Assembly: GCA_047150005.1 (NCBI GenBank)
Contig: AP038806.1
Span: forward strand, 2,528,001 to 2,592,000
Length of the DNA: 64,000 bases
Direction: 5' to 3'
Origin: Nitrospira sp.
GTDB taxonomy: Bacteria > Nitrospirota > Nitrospiria > Nitrospirales > Nitrospiraceae
In this document: one piece after another, positions 53,169-61,589 of the stretch
How positions within the stretch are numbered: the first letter of the stretch is position 1
How the letters are laid out: every line of letters begins with the position of its first letter
The notes under the pieces: model-generated
What the model was told of the DNA's origin: nothing
The model's input: the letters and a program-made list of their open reading frames with translations, nothing else
Database searches by the model: none
Program-made: the position numbers and the translations under genes

Positions 53169-54648
53169 AGGCTCCAGGAAGAGGAACGAGCACGGATATC
53201 CGGGTGCCGAAGCCGGGTCGTGAATGGATGTCCAGCCGGCCATGGACGGCTCGGACCCGCTCTCGCATGTTGATCAATCCCAACCCTTGCTGGTGGCGGT
53301 ATGGTTCGGGATCGAATCCCGTCCCGTTGTCGTGAATCGATAGGGTAACTGTGGAACCGTCGCAGGTCAATTCAAGCTCGACCCGCGAAGCTTTGGCGTG
53401 GCGTGAGACGTTGGCGAGGCTCTCTTGTGCGATCCGGTACAGGCAGGATGCAATATCCCGTGGAAATGGTGATGTCAGCTCCTCCTGGACCACGATGGTT
53501 TTCACGCCGGTCCTTGAAGAGAATTCGTCCGTCAGCTGCGTGAGGGCGGCCGGGAGCCCCAAGTCGTCCAGGATTGACGAATGAAATTCGTAGGCGATGC
53601 GGCGGACATCGTCGGAAATGGTCGCCAGGCGGTGAGCCAGCGATTGGATCGCTTGACGAGCCCGCCCGTCGGAGAGTGAGGGGTCCGTCTCCATGTTGCC
53701 CAGTTCAATGACGACGATGGCCAGCCGTTGATTGATGTCGTCGTGCAATTCGCGGGAGATCCGCCGGCGCTCTTCTTCCTGCGCCGTCATCAGTTGTGCG
53801 GTCAGCGACTGCAGTTGCCCCTCGGCTTGCAGGCGGTTGCTGATATCCCGCAGGATCACCGTAAAGGTCGTCTTCTCGCCGACGGTGAGTTTCGAAATGC
53901 TGGCTTCGGCGGGAAATTCCTTTCCGTCTTTTCTCAGACCGAAGACTCCCCGGCTTTCAGCCATACGCCGTGCTGATTCAGAACCGAGCGCAAAGGCTTG
54001 GATATTGGCGGTGTGATGGAGCCGGTGGCGCGTGGGCAGCAGCAGTTCGACCGGCTTGCCCAGAACTTCTTCCGGCCGGTAGCCGAACAATCTCGACGCG
54101 CCTTGGTTGAAAAGCGAGATGGATCGGTCTTCTTCGATCAGGATGATGGCGTCCTCGGCAATATCCAGAATCGCGGCGAGACGCCCCTCCGAGAGTCGAA
54201 AGGCCCGTTCAGTCTGCATGCGCTCGGTGACCTCGGAGACCAATGCCTCATTGACACCGGCGAGCTGTCTGGTCCGTTCGGCGATTCGTTCCTCAAGTCC
54301 TTCATTGACCTTCTGCAACGCTGTTTCCGCCTGCCGGCGCTTCAGCGCGAACCAGACCAGGACCCACAGGATGAGAATCGTGAAGGTCCGATTGCCGATC
54401 GGAATCCACAGAGCCTGATTGGGAAGCCGGGGACTGAGGAATGTGCCGAGGATCGTGAGGGCGGTGCAGATCGCCGCGACCACTCCCGGCATCCATGGGA
54501 AGCGGGAACCGATCGCGATCACGATGGCGATGGCGTAGAGAATATGGTTGGCAAAACTCAGCGGCGTATAGATGTCCAGGACGAAGAGTCCCGAGAGGAG
54601 CAGCACAAGAGCGCTGCTGCGCAACCTTTCTTTGTCAGTGGAGGACAT
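53134..54648 (-). CDS. Membrane PAS sensor histidine kinase (HisKA_3)
   Basis: TM helices, PAS, EERRRISRELHD, QESLAN, DNGTGF, GLGL. Confidence 0.94.
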   Translation of the reverse strand: MSSTDKERLRSSALVLLLSGLFVLDIYTPLSFANHILYAIAIVIAIGSRFPWMPGVVAAICTALTILGTFLSPRLPNQALWIPIGNRTFTILILWVLVWFALKRRQAETALQKVNEGLEERIAERTRQLAGVNEALVSEVTERMQTERAFRLSEGRLAAILDIAEDAIILIEEDRSISLFNQGASRLFGYRPEEVLGKPVELLLPTRHRLHHTANIQAFALGSESARRMAESRGVFGLRKDGKEFPAEASISKLTVGEKTTFTVILRDISNRLQAEGQLQSLTAQLMTAQEEERRRISRELHDDINQRLAIVVIELGNMETDPSLSDGRARQAIQSLAHRLATISDDVRRIAYEFHSSILDDLGLPAALTQLTDEFSSRTGVKTIVVQEELTSPFPRDIASCLYRIAQESLANVSRHAKASRVELELTCDGSTVTLSIHDNGTGFDPEPYRHQQGLGLINMRERVRAVHGRLDIHSRPGFGTRISVLVPLPGAYGNEETSNPVG

Positions 54649-54803
54649 GCAATCGGCTCGTGATGGCGGAAAATTATGATCCTTTCAGGTCCGGAGGCGC
54701 AAGGTGGCCGCTCGAGCGATCGATCGAGGAACGCGCGGACACGATGACGCAAGCTCAGGAATACTGCTTGACGGTCGCCGTGAAGGATTGTATCCCCTTA
54801 GCC

Positions 54804-55709
54804 ATGTCATCGCCGTCCAGCAGTTTCGCCTATGGGGCGATCGTGACCGCCGCCGTACTCTGGGGAGGATCCATCGTCGCACAAAAGCTCGCGTTGAGCG
54901 GGTTTTCTGCGGTCGAAGCCTCCGTGCTGCGCGACATCGGCGGGCTGGCCATTCTGTTGACGACATGGTGGTGGCAGGAAGGGTCGCTTGCCGGGTTGAC
55001 GAGAGCGGACTTTCGCACGTTGTTCTGGCTCGGACTCGGCGTCCTCGGTAACCACCTCCTGATCTTGATGGGCCTCAACTATGTCAGCGGCGCCGTGGCT
55101 GGTGTCATCATCGGGTCCGCACCGGTTGTGACCGCGCTCCTGTCGGCGGTGTTGATTCAAGATGTGCCCTTGCGCATGCTGTGGGGCGGAAGTCTGTTGT
55201 CATTCATGGGAGTCGCGCTCGTCTCCGTGGCAGGTTTTCGGGCAGCGGGGGAACGGCCGCTTCTGGGTGGCTTGCTCGTCTTTCTCGGCGTGGCGAGTTG
55301 GGCGCTCTACAGTATCGGCAGCCGCGCCATCATGGAGCGAGTGTCGGCCCTGACCGTCAACTGGACCACGTTGCTTGTTTCGACGGGACTACAGATCCCG
55401 TTACTCTGGATGGATCGCAAGATGATGAAGGCAGGCGCGGCATCCGTCAGCGCGTCGGATTGGCTGGCACTCGGATATCTGATCGTGTTCGCCACCGCGG
55501 TGGCCCAGCAGGCATGGCTGTACGGGGTGCAGGGCATCGGACCGTCCCGTGCCACCGTGCTTGGGAATCTGACTCCGGTCGCGGCCGTGGCCTTGTCCGC
55601 CGTGATCCTCGGCGAGTCGGTCGGGATGATCGAGGTGGCGGGGATCGCGCTGATCCTGGCCGGTGTCTGGCTGGTCCATCACCAAACTTCGAATCTCGCC
55701 CGCGCCTGA
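54804..55709 (+). CDS. DMT/EamA family transporter
   Basis: Two EamA repeats, LWG, ILGE; about 10 TM helices. Confidence 0.9.
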   Translation: MSSPSSSFAYGAIVTAAVLWGGSIVAQKLALSGFSAVEASVLRDIGGLAILLTTWWWQEGSLAGLTRADFRTLFWLGLGVLGNHLLILMGLNYVSGAVAGVIIGSAPVVTALLSAVLIQDVPLRMLWGGSLLSFMGVALVSVAGFRAAGERPLLGGLLVFLGVASWALYSIGSRAIMERVSALTVNWTTLLVSTGLQIPLLWMDRKMMKAGAASVSASDWLALGYLIVFATAVAQQAWLYGVQGIGPSRATVLGNLTPVAAVALSAVILGESVGMIEVAGIALILAGVWLVHHQTSNLARA

Positions 55710-55779
55710 TCCGGAAGTTTCACGCTCGCCCTCCTAGGCAGTTTCCAGTATGATACCCCGTTCGGATGGGGAGCGACCT

Positions 55780-56172
55780 GTGATCGAACAGCGTATTGAA
55801 GAAGTCACCAGAGCCAATCAACGATTTTACGACGCGTTCGAATCGCTCGACGTCGCCAAGATGGACGAGGTGTGGGCGCACCTCGAATATGTCACCTGTA
55901 TTCATCCGGGCTGGACGCTCCGTTCCGATTGGCCTTCCGTACGCGACTCCTGGGTGCTGATCTTCAACAACACGTTCTCGATGAAGTTCGACCTGACCGA
56001 AATCACGGTGCAGGTGGCGGGCGACATTGCCTGGGTCATCTGTGTCGAGAACATCACGAGCCAGCAGTCGGATGAGCCGCAGCAGCTCCGCGTGCTGGCG
56101 ACGAATCTGTTCGAGCGAATCGGAGATGAGTGGCTGATGATTCATCATCACGGAAGTACGGTGATGGGGTGA
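55780..56172 (+). CDS. SnoaL/NTF2-like protein
   Basis: ANQRFYDAFE, CIHPGW, ATNLFE...W.MIHHHGS. Confidence 0.88.
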   Translation: MIEQRIEEVTRANQRFYDAFESLDVAKMDEVWAHLEYVTCIHPGWTLRSDWPSVRDSWVLIFNNTFSMKFDLTEITVQVAGDIAWVICVENITSQQSDEPQQLRVLATNLFERIGDEWLMIHHHGSTVMG

Positions 56173-56310
56173 ACGAGGCGAGGAACAGCAAGCCTCACGT
56201 GTGTTCACGCCGCTGAAAAGGTACAGCAACAGTCTGACCTACTATTGCGACTCGTCAGCTCGATGGATGTTCGTGCGCCGAGTAGAAGATTGAAGGAGGA
56301 AAGAACGGCG

Positions 56311-56550
56311 TCAAGGCTTCGGAGCGGACGCAGGGGAGGGTTCAACGGCGCGGACGGTCTGTTGCCATTCCGCGACGATCATGTCGCGTTGGTCCATCGT
56401 CATGCCGGCATAGGTCAAAAACATCTGAGGACCCTTGCGGCGGCGCCACGTGAGATAATGAAGAAAATGTTCCTTGCAGACGTTGTGCGTACCGGCGGGG
56501 GCGTAGACCTTCCCTTGGCAGCCTTGGATGATACAGTGGAATTGGCTCAC
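56311..56550 (-). CDS. Small hypothetical protein, possible zinc binder
   Basis: CxxxxC...CxxH; GAGGG RBS. Confidence 0.65.
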   Translation of the reverse strand: MSQFHCIIQGCQGKVYAPAGTHNVCKEHFLHYLTWRRRKGPQMFLTYAGMTMDQRDMIVAEWQQTVRAVEPSPASAPKP

Positions 56551-56616
56551 GTCGTCCCTCTTGAGATTCGACAGTATGCACGACCAATGACCGGCTTTTC
56601 AACCACCGAGCAGGCC

Positions 56617-56831
56617 TAGCGCGCATTATTCATGAATGCTTCTACTGCAATTGCGGATTCGCTGCTGCGACAAGCCTGCGTGCGGAGTTTCGGCACGCAG
56701 GCGGGCGGGCTCGCCGCTCGGTCGGTCAACATACTGTTTCAAGTATGCTTCCCTCCTTCACGGCTCCACGCGCCTGTCTCGCCACGCGACTCCACAATTT
56801 CGCGACGAACCATCGTGAATAATGGGCGCGA
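56617..56831. repeat. MITE-like repeat, family B copy 1
   Basis: TIR TAGCGCGCATTATTCATGA / TCGTGAATAATGGGCGC; internally similar to 60054-60314. Confidence 0.8.
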
Positions 56832-56879
56832 ACGATGCCCGGCTTGTCCCGAGATCGCGTTGCGCTCATGATCATGATA

Positions 56880-58379
56880 ATGTCGCGGCAGATCCTGGCG
56901 CTGTGTGTTCTGGCCCTCGCGGTGCTGACCGCGTGCACGTCAGCCTCCCGTGAAGCGCTCCCTCCGGACAGTCCCTTTCCCGAGACGACGGCGCTCAGAG
57001 ACAGGCTGCTGCCCGAAGGGCTGGCGGTAGGCGATGTGACCAGCCGGTCGGCGGTGCTGTGGCTGCGCACGGACGGCCCGAAAGCCGTCCAGGTTCTGTG
57101 GGCGCCGCTTGACGATTGGGAGAAGATGGGCGCCATGGCGTCGGTACGACCGGTCGTGTCGCAGACTCCGACGCAGGTCACGAGTCCGGACACTGACTTC
57201 ACCCTGTCCGTGCCGCTCGAACGTCTGACTCCCGCCACGCGGTACCGATACCGTGTTCTCGTCGATTCCGTCGATCACGCCTCAGGGCCGACACCCGGCT
57301 CCCTTGCCGCAACCGGTGAGCTGACGACGCTGCCGGATCCGGCGCAGCCCGTACCGCTGACGTTCGCGTGGAGTGGGGATTTGGGAGGTCAGGAACGGTG
57401 CCGACAGGGGGAGGCCGGCTATCCGATTTTCGACGTGATCGGCGCGCAGCGTCCGGATTTCTTTGTGTTTCTCGGCGACACCATCTACGCCGACGGGATC
57501 TGCTCAGCTCCTCGCAACGAACCGGGAGCCGGTTTCGTCGCCACGAATCTGCAGGAATATCGGATGCGGCATCGGTACCAACGCGGCGCTCCGGCATTGC
57601 GCAGACTGCTGAGCCGCGTGCCCCTGTATGTGATCTGGGACGATCATGAAGTGAAGGACAATTTTGCCGGCCCGTACGAGCCCAACATGGCCGCAGGGCG
57701 TCAGGCGCTGCGGGAATATTGGCCGATCGCGAGGCAGCCCGACGATCCGGATCGAATGTATCGCAGCGTGCGGTACGGTGCGGATCTCGAACTCTTTATC
57801 CTCGATACTCGACAGTATCGCAGCCGGAATTCGGATCCGGACGGGCCGGCCAAGACGATGCTGGGGCCGGCTCAGTTGGCTTGGCTGCTCGATGGGCTGC
57901 GCGCGTCTACGGCGACGTGGAAAGCCGTGGTCACCAGCGTGCCGCTTTCGATTCCCAAAGGCGGCGGGGCGGCCGCGCCCGGCTATGACGGATGGGCAGG
58001 CGGACCCCCCGACGGATCCGCCAAGGGATCAGACGGGACCGGTTTCGAGCGGGAGCGGCAGGCCGTCGTCGATCGGATCCTGGCGGACCAGATCAAGAAC
58101 GTCGTGTTCCTGGCGGGCGACGTTCACTATGTGCAAGCCAACGCCTACGATCCGGACGGAGACGGCCGCGTCGATTTCCACGAGTTCGTGGCTGGGCCGC
58201 TTTCGGCGCGATTCGGTCGTATGACGCCGCCGAACCCCGGCCTACATCCGACCGTTCTGCTCAACGACGGGGGGTACTCCAATTTCGGACTCGTTCGAGT
58301 CACCGCGGAGGCGTTTGAGGTGGCATTTGTTGACGATACCGGGAAAACTCGTTTCTCCCACCGCGTGCAGGCTCACTAA
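56880..58379 (+). CDS. phoD: Alkaline phosphatase D family protein
   Basis: LGDTIYAD, IWDDHE, LDTRQYR, GDVH; start uncertain. Confidence 0.92.
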   Translation: MSRQILALCVLALAVLTACTSASREALPPDSPFPETTALRDRLLPEGLAVGDVTSRSAVLWLRTDGPKAVQVLWAPLDDWEKMGAMASVRPVVSQTPTQVTSPDTDFTLSVPLERLTPATRYRYRVLVDSVDHASGPTPGSLAATGELTTLPDPAQPVPLTFAWSGDLGGQERCRQGEAGYPIFDVIGAQRPDFFVFLGDTIYADGICSAPRNEPGAGFVATNLQEYRMRHRYQRGAPALRRLLSRVPLYVIWDDHEVKDNFAGPYEPNMAAGRQALREYWPIARQPDDPDRMYRSVRYGADLELFILDTRQYRSRNSDPDGPAKTMLGPAQLAWLLDGLRASTATWKAVVTSVPLSIPKGGGAAAPGYDGWAGGPPDGSAKGSDGTGFERERQAVVDRILADQIKNVVFLAGDVHYVQANAYDPDGDGRVDFHEFVAGPLSARFGRMTPPNPGLHPTVLLNDGGYSNFGLVRVTAEAFEVAFVDDTGKTRFSHRVQAH

Positions 58380-58459
58380 CCTAGACCCTTGCATTCCCGG
58401 TTGGCAACCGGTTACGGTAACCACCTTTGCGGATCCGTGAAGGGCCATATCGTTCATTC

Positions 58460-58708
58460 ATGCTGCTACAGTTCATTTCGGTGGTCGGGGCGCTGATGGT
58501 GTTGGCGGCGTACGGGCTCAATCAGAGCGGAATTTGGCGCGAGCTCCACTCCGGCTACCTCACCCTGAACATCGTGGGATCGCTGCTCTTGGGAGTGGTC
58601 GCGATCGCCGATGGCCGGGCCGGTTTCATTCTGTTGGAGTTTGCATGGGCCGCCTTGGGAATTCTCGGAGTCATTCGAGCGGTCCGTGGACGGCAGCATC
58701 ATCAGTAA
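58460..58708 (+). CDS. Small three-TM membrane protein (CBU_0592-like)
   Basis: GA...LAAY...Q, YL.LN..GS, F..LE..W. Confidence 0.75.
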   Translation: MLLQFISVVGALMVLAAYGLNQSGIWRELHSGYLTLNIVGSLLLGVVAIADGRAGFILLEFAWAALGILGVIRAVRGRQHHQ

Positions 58709-58737
58709 AGAGGTTGTACAGAGGATTCACGATAATC

Positions 58738-58864
58738 GCGGGTCGTTCCAAACAGGCAGCCCAGCAAGGCCGCAGCGCGCGAAGAGACGAAGGCTACGCT
58801 TCTTCGTCTGTCGAGTCTCTGAGCGACGCGAGAACGCCGCTGGCGGCCTGTTTCAACGGCCTGC
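58738..58864. repeat. MITE-like palindromic repeat, family A copy 2
   Basis: Imperfect TIR GCGGGTCGTTCCAAACAGGC / GCCTGTTTCAACGGCCTGC; internal hairpins. Confidence 0.7.
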
Positions 58865-58878
58865 CAAGGAGAATAAAT

Positions 58879-59361
58879 ATGGCAGGGTTGATGTCGGCGG
58901 ATGAGATTTTCGAGAAAGCGCAGGCGGCGGCGGTGGCGGCCACAAGCCCCGATGAGAAAGCCTTGCAGATCGACTATGCAGCGTTGAAGGAAAAGATCCG
59001 GGCGGCGTTGGGTGACAGAAAGGTGGCACTCTGTCATATCAACAAATTCCTGCCGGAAGGATACGAGGAACAGGGCCGGTTCAATCTGGTCCTGCTGACG
59101 GCCGGCAACGTCGTCTTCGACATCGTCATCGGTGATTCCTACTTCCGTTACGACGTGTTGTCGGTCGGGCAGCTCGACAAGGTCCAAGTGATCGACGCGA
59201 TGTGGGAGAACCGAGAAAAGCGCCGCGAAGAGCCGTTTCTGAGCCTGCGCCTCATGCACGCCGAGGAGACGCATCTCCTGCTGGCGTTGGACGAAGACGA
59301 ACGGAAAAGCTTGCTGGCGTTCGCGAAGGCGGTTTCAGCAGCGCGGAATCCTGAACGCTGA
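58879..59361 (+). CDS. Conserved-looking hypothetical protein (160 aa)
   Basis: AGGAG RBS; duplicated 3' part differs mainly at synonymous sites, supporting coding status. Confidence 0.85.
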   Translation: MAGLMSADEIFEKAQAAAVAATSPDEKALQIDYAALKEKIRAALGDRKVALCHINKFLPEGYEEQGRFNLVLLTAGNVVFDIVIGDSYFRYDVLSVGQLDKVQVIDAMWENREKRREEPFLSLRLMHAEETHLLLALDEDERKSLLAFAKAVSAARNPER

Positions 59362-59718
59362 GCACTCAAACGAGCTGGGCGCTCCAACACTGCTCAGCGC
59401 CTTACACTGGCCAGTACTAGCGGGTGGGCGGGTTTCCGGTTCCTTGTGTATAGGGCTAACTGGGTGATGAGCCGCGCGTTATTTTGACAGTCGGTCTCGA
59501 TCGCCTGATGAAGCTCTTCTCGCTCCGACACGCCCGCAGCATGATGAGCTGTCGGCCGACGTGCTCCAGTAAATCGTTCTCGCCATAATGTTCTCCAGTC
59601 TCGTGAAGCAAAGGGGAGTCGTTGTTTATGAGCTTCTTGTGCGCCCTGAGGTCGCAAGATCTATGCTGATCTGTACGGTAGCCGGGTCATCTTCATGTAT
59701 TTCCCATCCGTGGGCCGT

Positions 59719-60048
59719 TCACCGGCCAGCTCTAGCCGCCATGGCGAAGTGGAAAAAATAGCGGTCAAGCGAGGCGAGATCACTGCCGTAGGTTGTCCCG
59801 CCGAACATGGCATCGCACAGCAGTTCGCGCGCACGGGTCAGTTCTTTCCGCCGGCCCTTCCACCGCTCGTCCGCGATCGTCAAATCCAGCAGTTCCAGGG
59901 CTCGATCGAAGGCCTGTTCGCAACGCTGCGGATCCTTCCCATACCAACGCGCAGCTCGCGCCACATCGCTGCCGACATGGGCCAGTTGCTCCACGAGTGA
60001 GAGCTGGTACCAGTGTCCGGCGGCTAATTGCTCGTGAATGGGTGACAT
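59719..60048 (-). CDS. Hypothetical helical protein, partner of DUF5674-like gene
   Basis: W..LSL.EQLA.VGS.V.RA...FDRALELLDLT...KEL.RARE. Confidence 0.75.
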   Translation of the reverse strand: MSPIHEQLAAGHWYQLSLVEQLAHVGSDVARAARWYGKDPQRCEQAFDRALELLDLTIADERWKGRRKELTRARELLCDAMFGGTTYGSDLASLDRYFFHFAMAARAGR

Positions 60049-60053
60049 GCGCT

Positions 60054-60314
60054 TAGCCCACATTATTCATGAGCGCTTCTGCTCCAACTGCCGATACGCC
60101 GCTGCGACAGGCTTGGATGGCGGTTTCCCGCATCCAAGCGGGCAGGCTCGCCGCTCGGCCTCGGGAAAGAACGCATTCCGATGCGTTGGGGCTGGGCGGG
60201 TGCGATCGGGGACATACTGCGTCAAGTATGCCTTCCTTCCTCGTGGCTCCGCGTGCCCGTCTCGCGTGGCGTCTTGGCGGTTTCGTCACGAGCCGTCATG
60301 AATAATGCGGGCTA
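60054..60314. repeat. MITE-like repeat, family B copy 2
   Basis: Near-perfect TIR TAGCCCACATTATTCATGA / TCATGAATAATGCGGGCTA with TA at both ends. Confidence 0.85.
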
Positions 60315-60659
60315 GCCCTGCACCAAGCGATTCACGACGGCCGTTACCGCGTTTTGGATCTCCGCACGCTCGACGTATCGGGACCGGTTTCCCCCGGAGG
60401 GGCGCACATTGATCATCGAGTCGAATTCAATCCATTCGGAGGTCGGCCGTTCAGGGTAGAGATTGATGCCCCATAGGTTTCTCTGTAGCGAGCCGTGCTC
60501 TAAGAGCATGGCTTCCTCGTCGGAGTGCAGTTCCCCGCCGATGGCCATGATGCTCTGATCGATATCCACAACCGCCTTGACCATATCGCCGAACTGCTGC
60601 TGAGCCATGGCGTTCAGATCGGCCTTCGTCACACTCGTTCGAACGATGATGATCTCCAT
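60312..60659 (-). CDS. DUF5674-like protein
   Basis: MVKAVVD, GGELH.D.E..LL..GS...LWG.N, IEFDSMINVRP..GNRS. Confidence 0.75.
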   Translation of the reverse strand: MEIIIVRTSVTKADLNAMAQQQFGDMVKAVVDIDQSIMAIGGELHSDEEAMLLEHGSLQRNLWGINLYPERPTSEWIEFDSMINVRPSGGNRSRYVERAEIQNAVTAVVNRLVQG

Positions 60660-60817
60660 GACGCGTTTTTCAGAACGTGAGAGTCGCCCGCGGCGCAAGA
60701 TTGCGGGTTGTGCAGGCTACTGTCAATACCAATTCGTTGGCACGTTTGGGGCCGGATCCTGTCTGTGCGTATCGATTGCCTGCGGACTGAAAGGTCCGAC
60801 CCCCTTAACTCCGGCCG

Positions 60818-61093
60818 CTGGTCCTGCTCACGGCCGGCAACGTCGTCTTCGACATCGTCATCGGTGATTCCTACTTCCGTTACGACGTCCTGTCCGTCGG
60901 ACAGCTCGATAAGGTTCAGGTCATCGACGCCATGTGGGACAATCGCGAAACGCGCCGCGAAGAGCCGTTTCTGAGTCTGCGCCTCATGCACGCGGAGGAG
61001 ACGCATCTCCTGCTGGCGTTGGACGAAGACGAACGGAAGAGCTTGTTGGCGTTCGCGAAAGTCGTTTCGGGGGCAAGGAACCCGGAAAAGTAA
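60818..61093 (+). pseudogene. 5'-truncated duplicate of the 3' 276 bp of gene 58879-59361
   Basis: Colinear with 59086-59361, ~32 differences by hand count, no start codon. Confidence 0.92.
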
Positions 61094-61232
61094 TCGCCTG
61101 ACTCTACAAGGACTGAGGTGGCACTGAGCCCGTGTTCAATGCTGCGACAGGCTGCATGAAGGTCACCAAGACCGTCTCCGCATGGGCCGCTCCATTGCGA
61201 CGCTACTCGGATGGCCTCTAACTCAAGGTGGC

Positions 61233-61333
61233 CGCTAGAGAATCGGCTTCATCAGTGATTCGAGCGCCGGACGCATCGACTCAACCAGCTTGCCATCGAG
61301 GGAATCCACTGACACTGCAAGCAGTTATTAGCC
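61233..61333 (-). other. Degenerate attC-like site
   Basis: Minus strand GGCTAAT..GCTTGCAGTGTCAGTGGATTC ... GAATCACTGATGAAGC..TCTAGCG; cores imperfect. Confidence 0.35.
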
Positions 61334-61516
61334 AGAATGGAGAATCCTGCTCAAGCGTTCGCTGTCTGAAATACCAATCGCTGGAGCAGGTTCAGGATAA
61401 TCGGCCTGTCGTTCGCATCAGTCACGGCAAGTTGGGTTCCGAACTTCAGGGATGTTGCGCCGCCCATCGATTGCAGCGTTGTAGAGCGCGAGGTTCGTCA
61501 GATCACGGGACCACTT

Positions 61517-61589
61517 GGCTAACGACGGAGTTCAGTCGTGAAAGCTGGGTGTGAGCGAGGACTTCGACAGCTGCAACGCCGTGTTAGAC
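61517..61589 (-). other. Integron attC site
   Basis: Minus strand R'' GTCTAAC containing the upstream gene's TAA, L'' CGGCGTTGCAG pairing with L' CTGAACTCCG around an extrahelical G, R' GTTAGCC. Confidence 0.8.

Noticed and set aside
59362..59718. attC-like GGCTAAC at ~59454 and short ORFs
   Set aside because: No partner core or L-box pairing; ORFs unsupported
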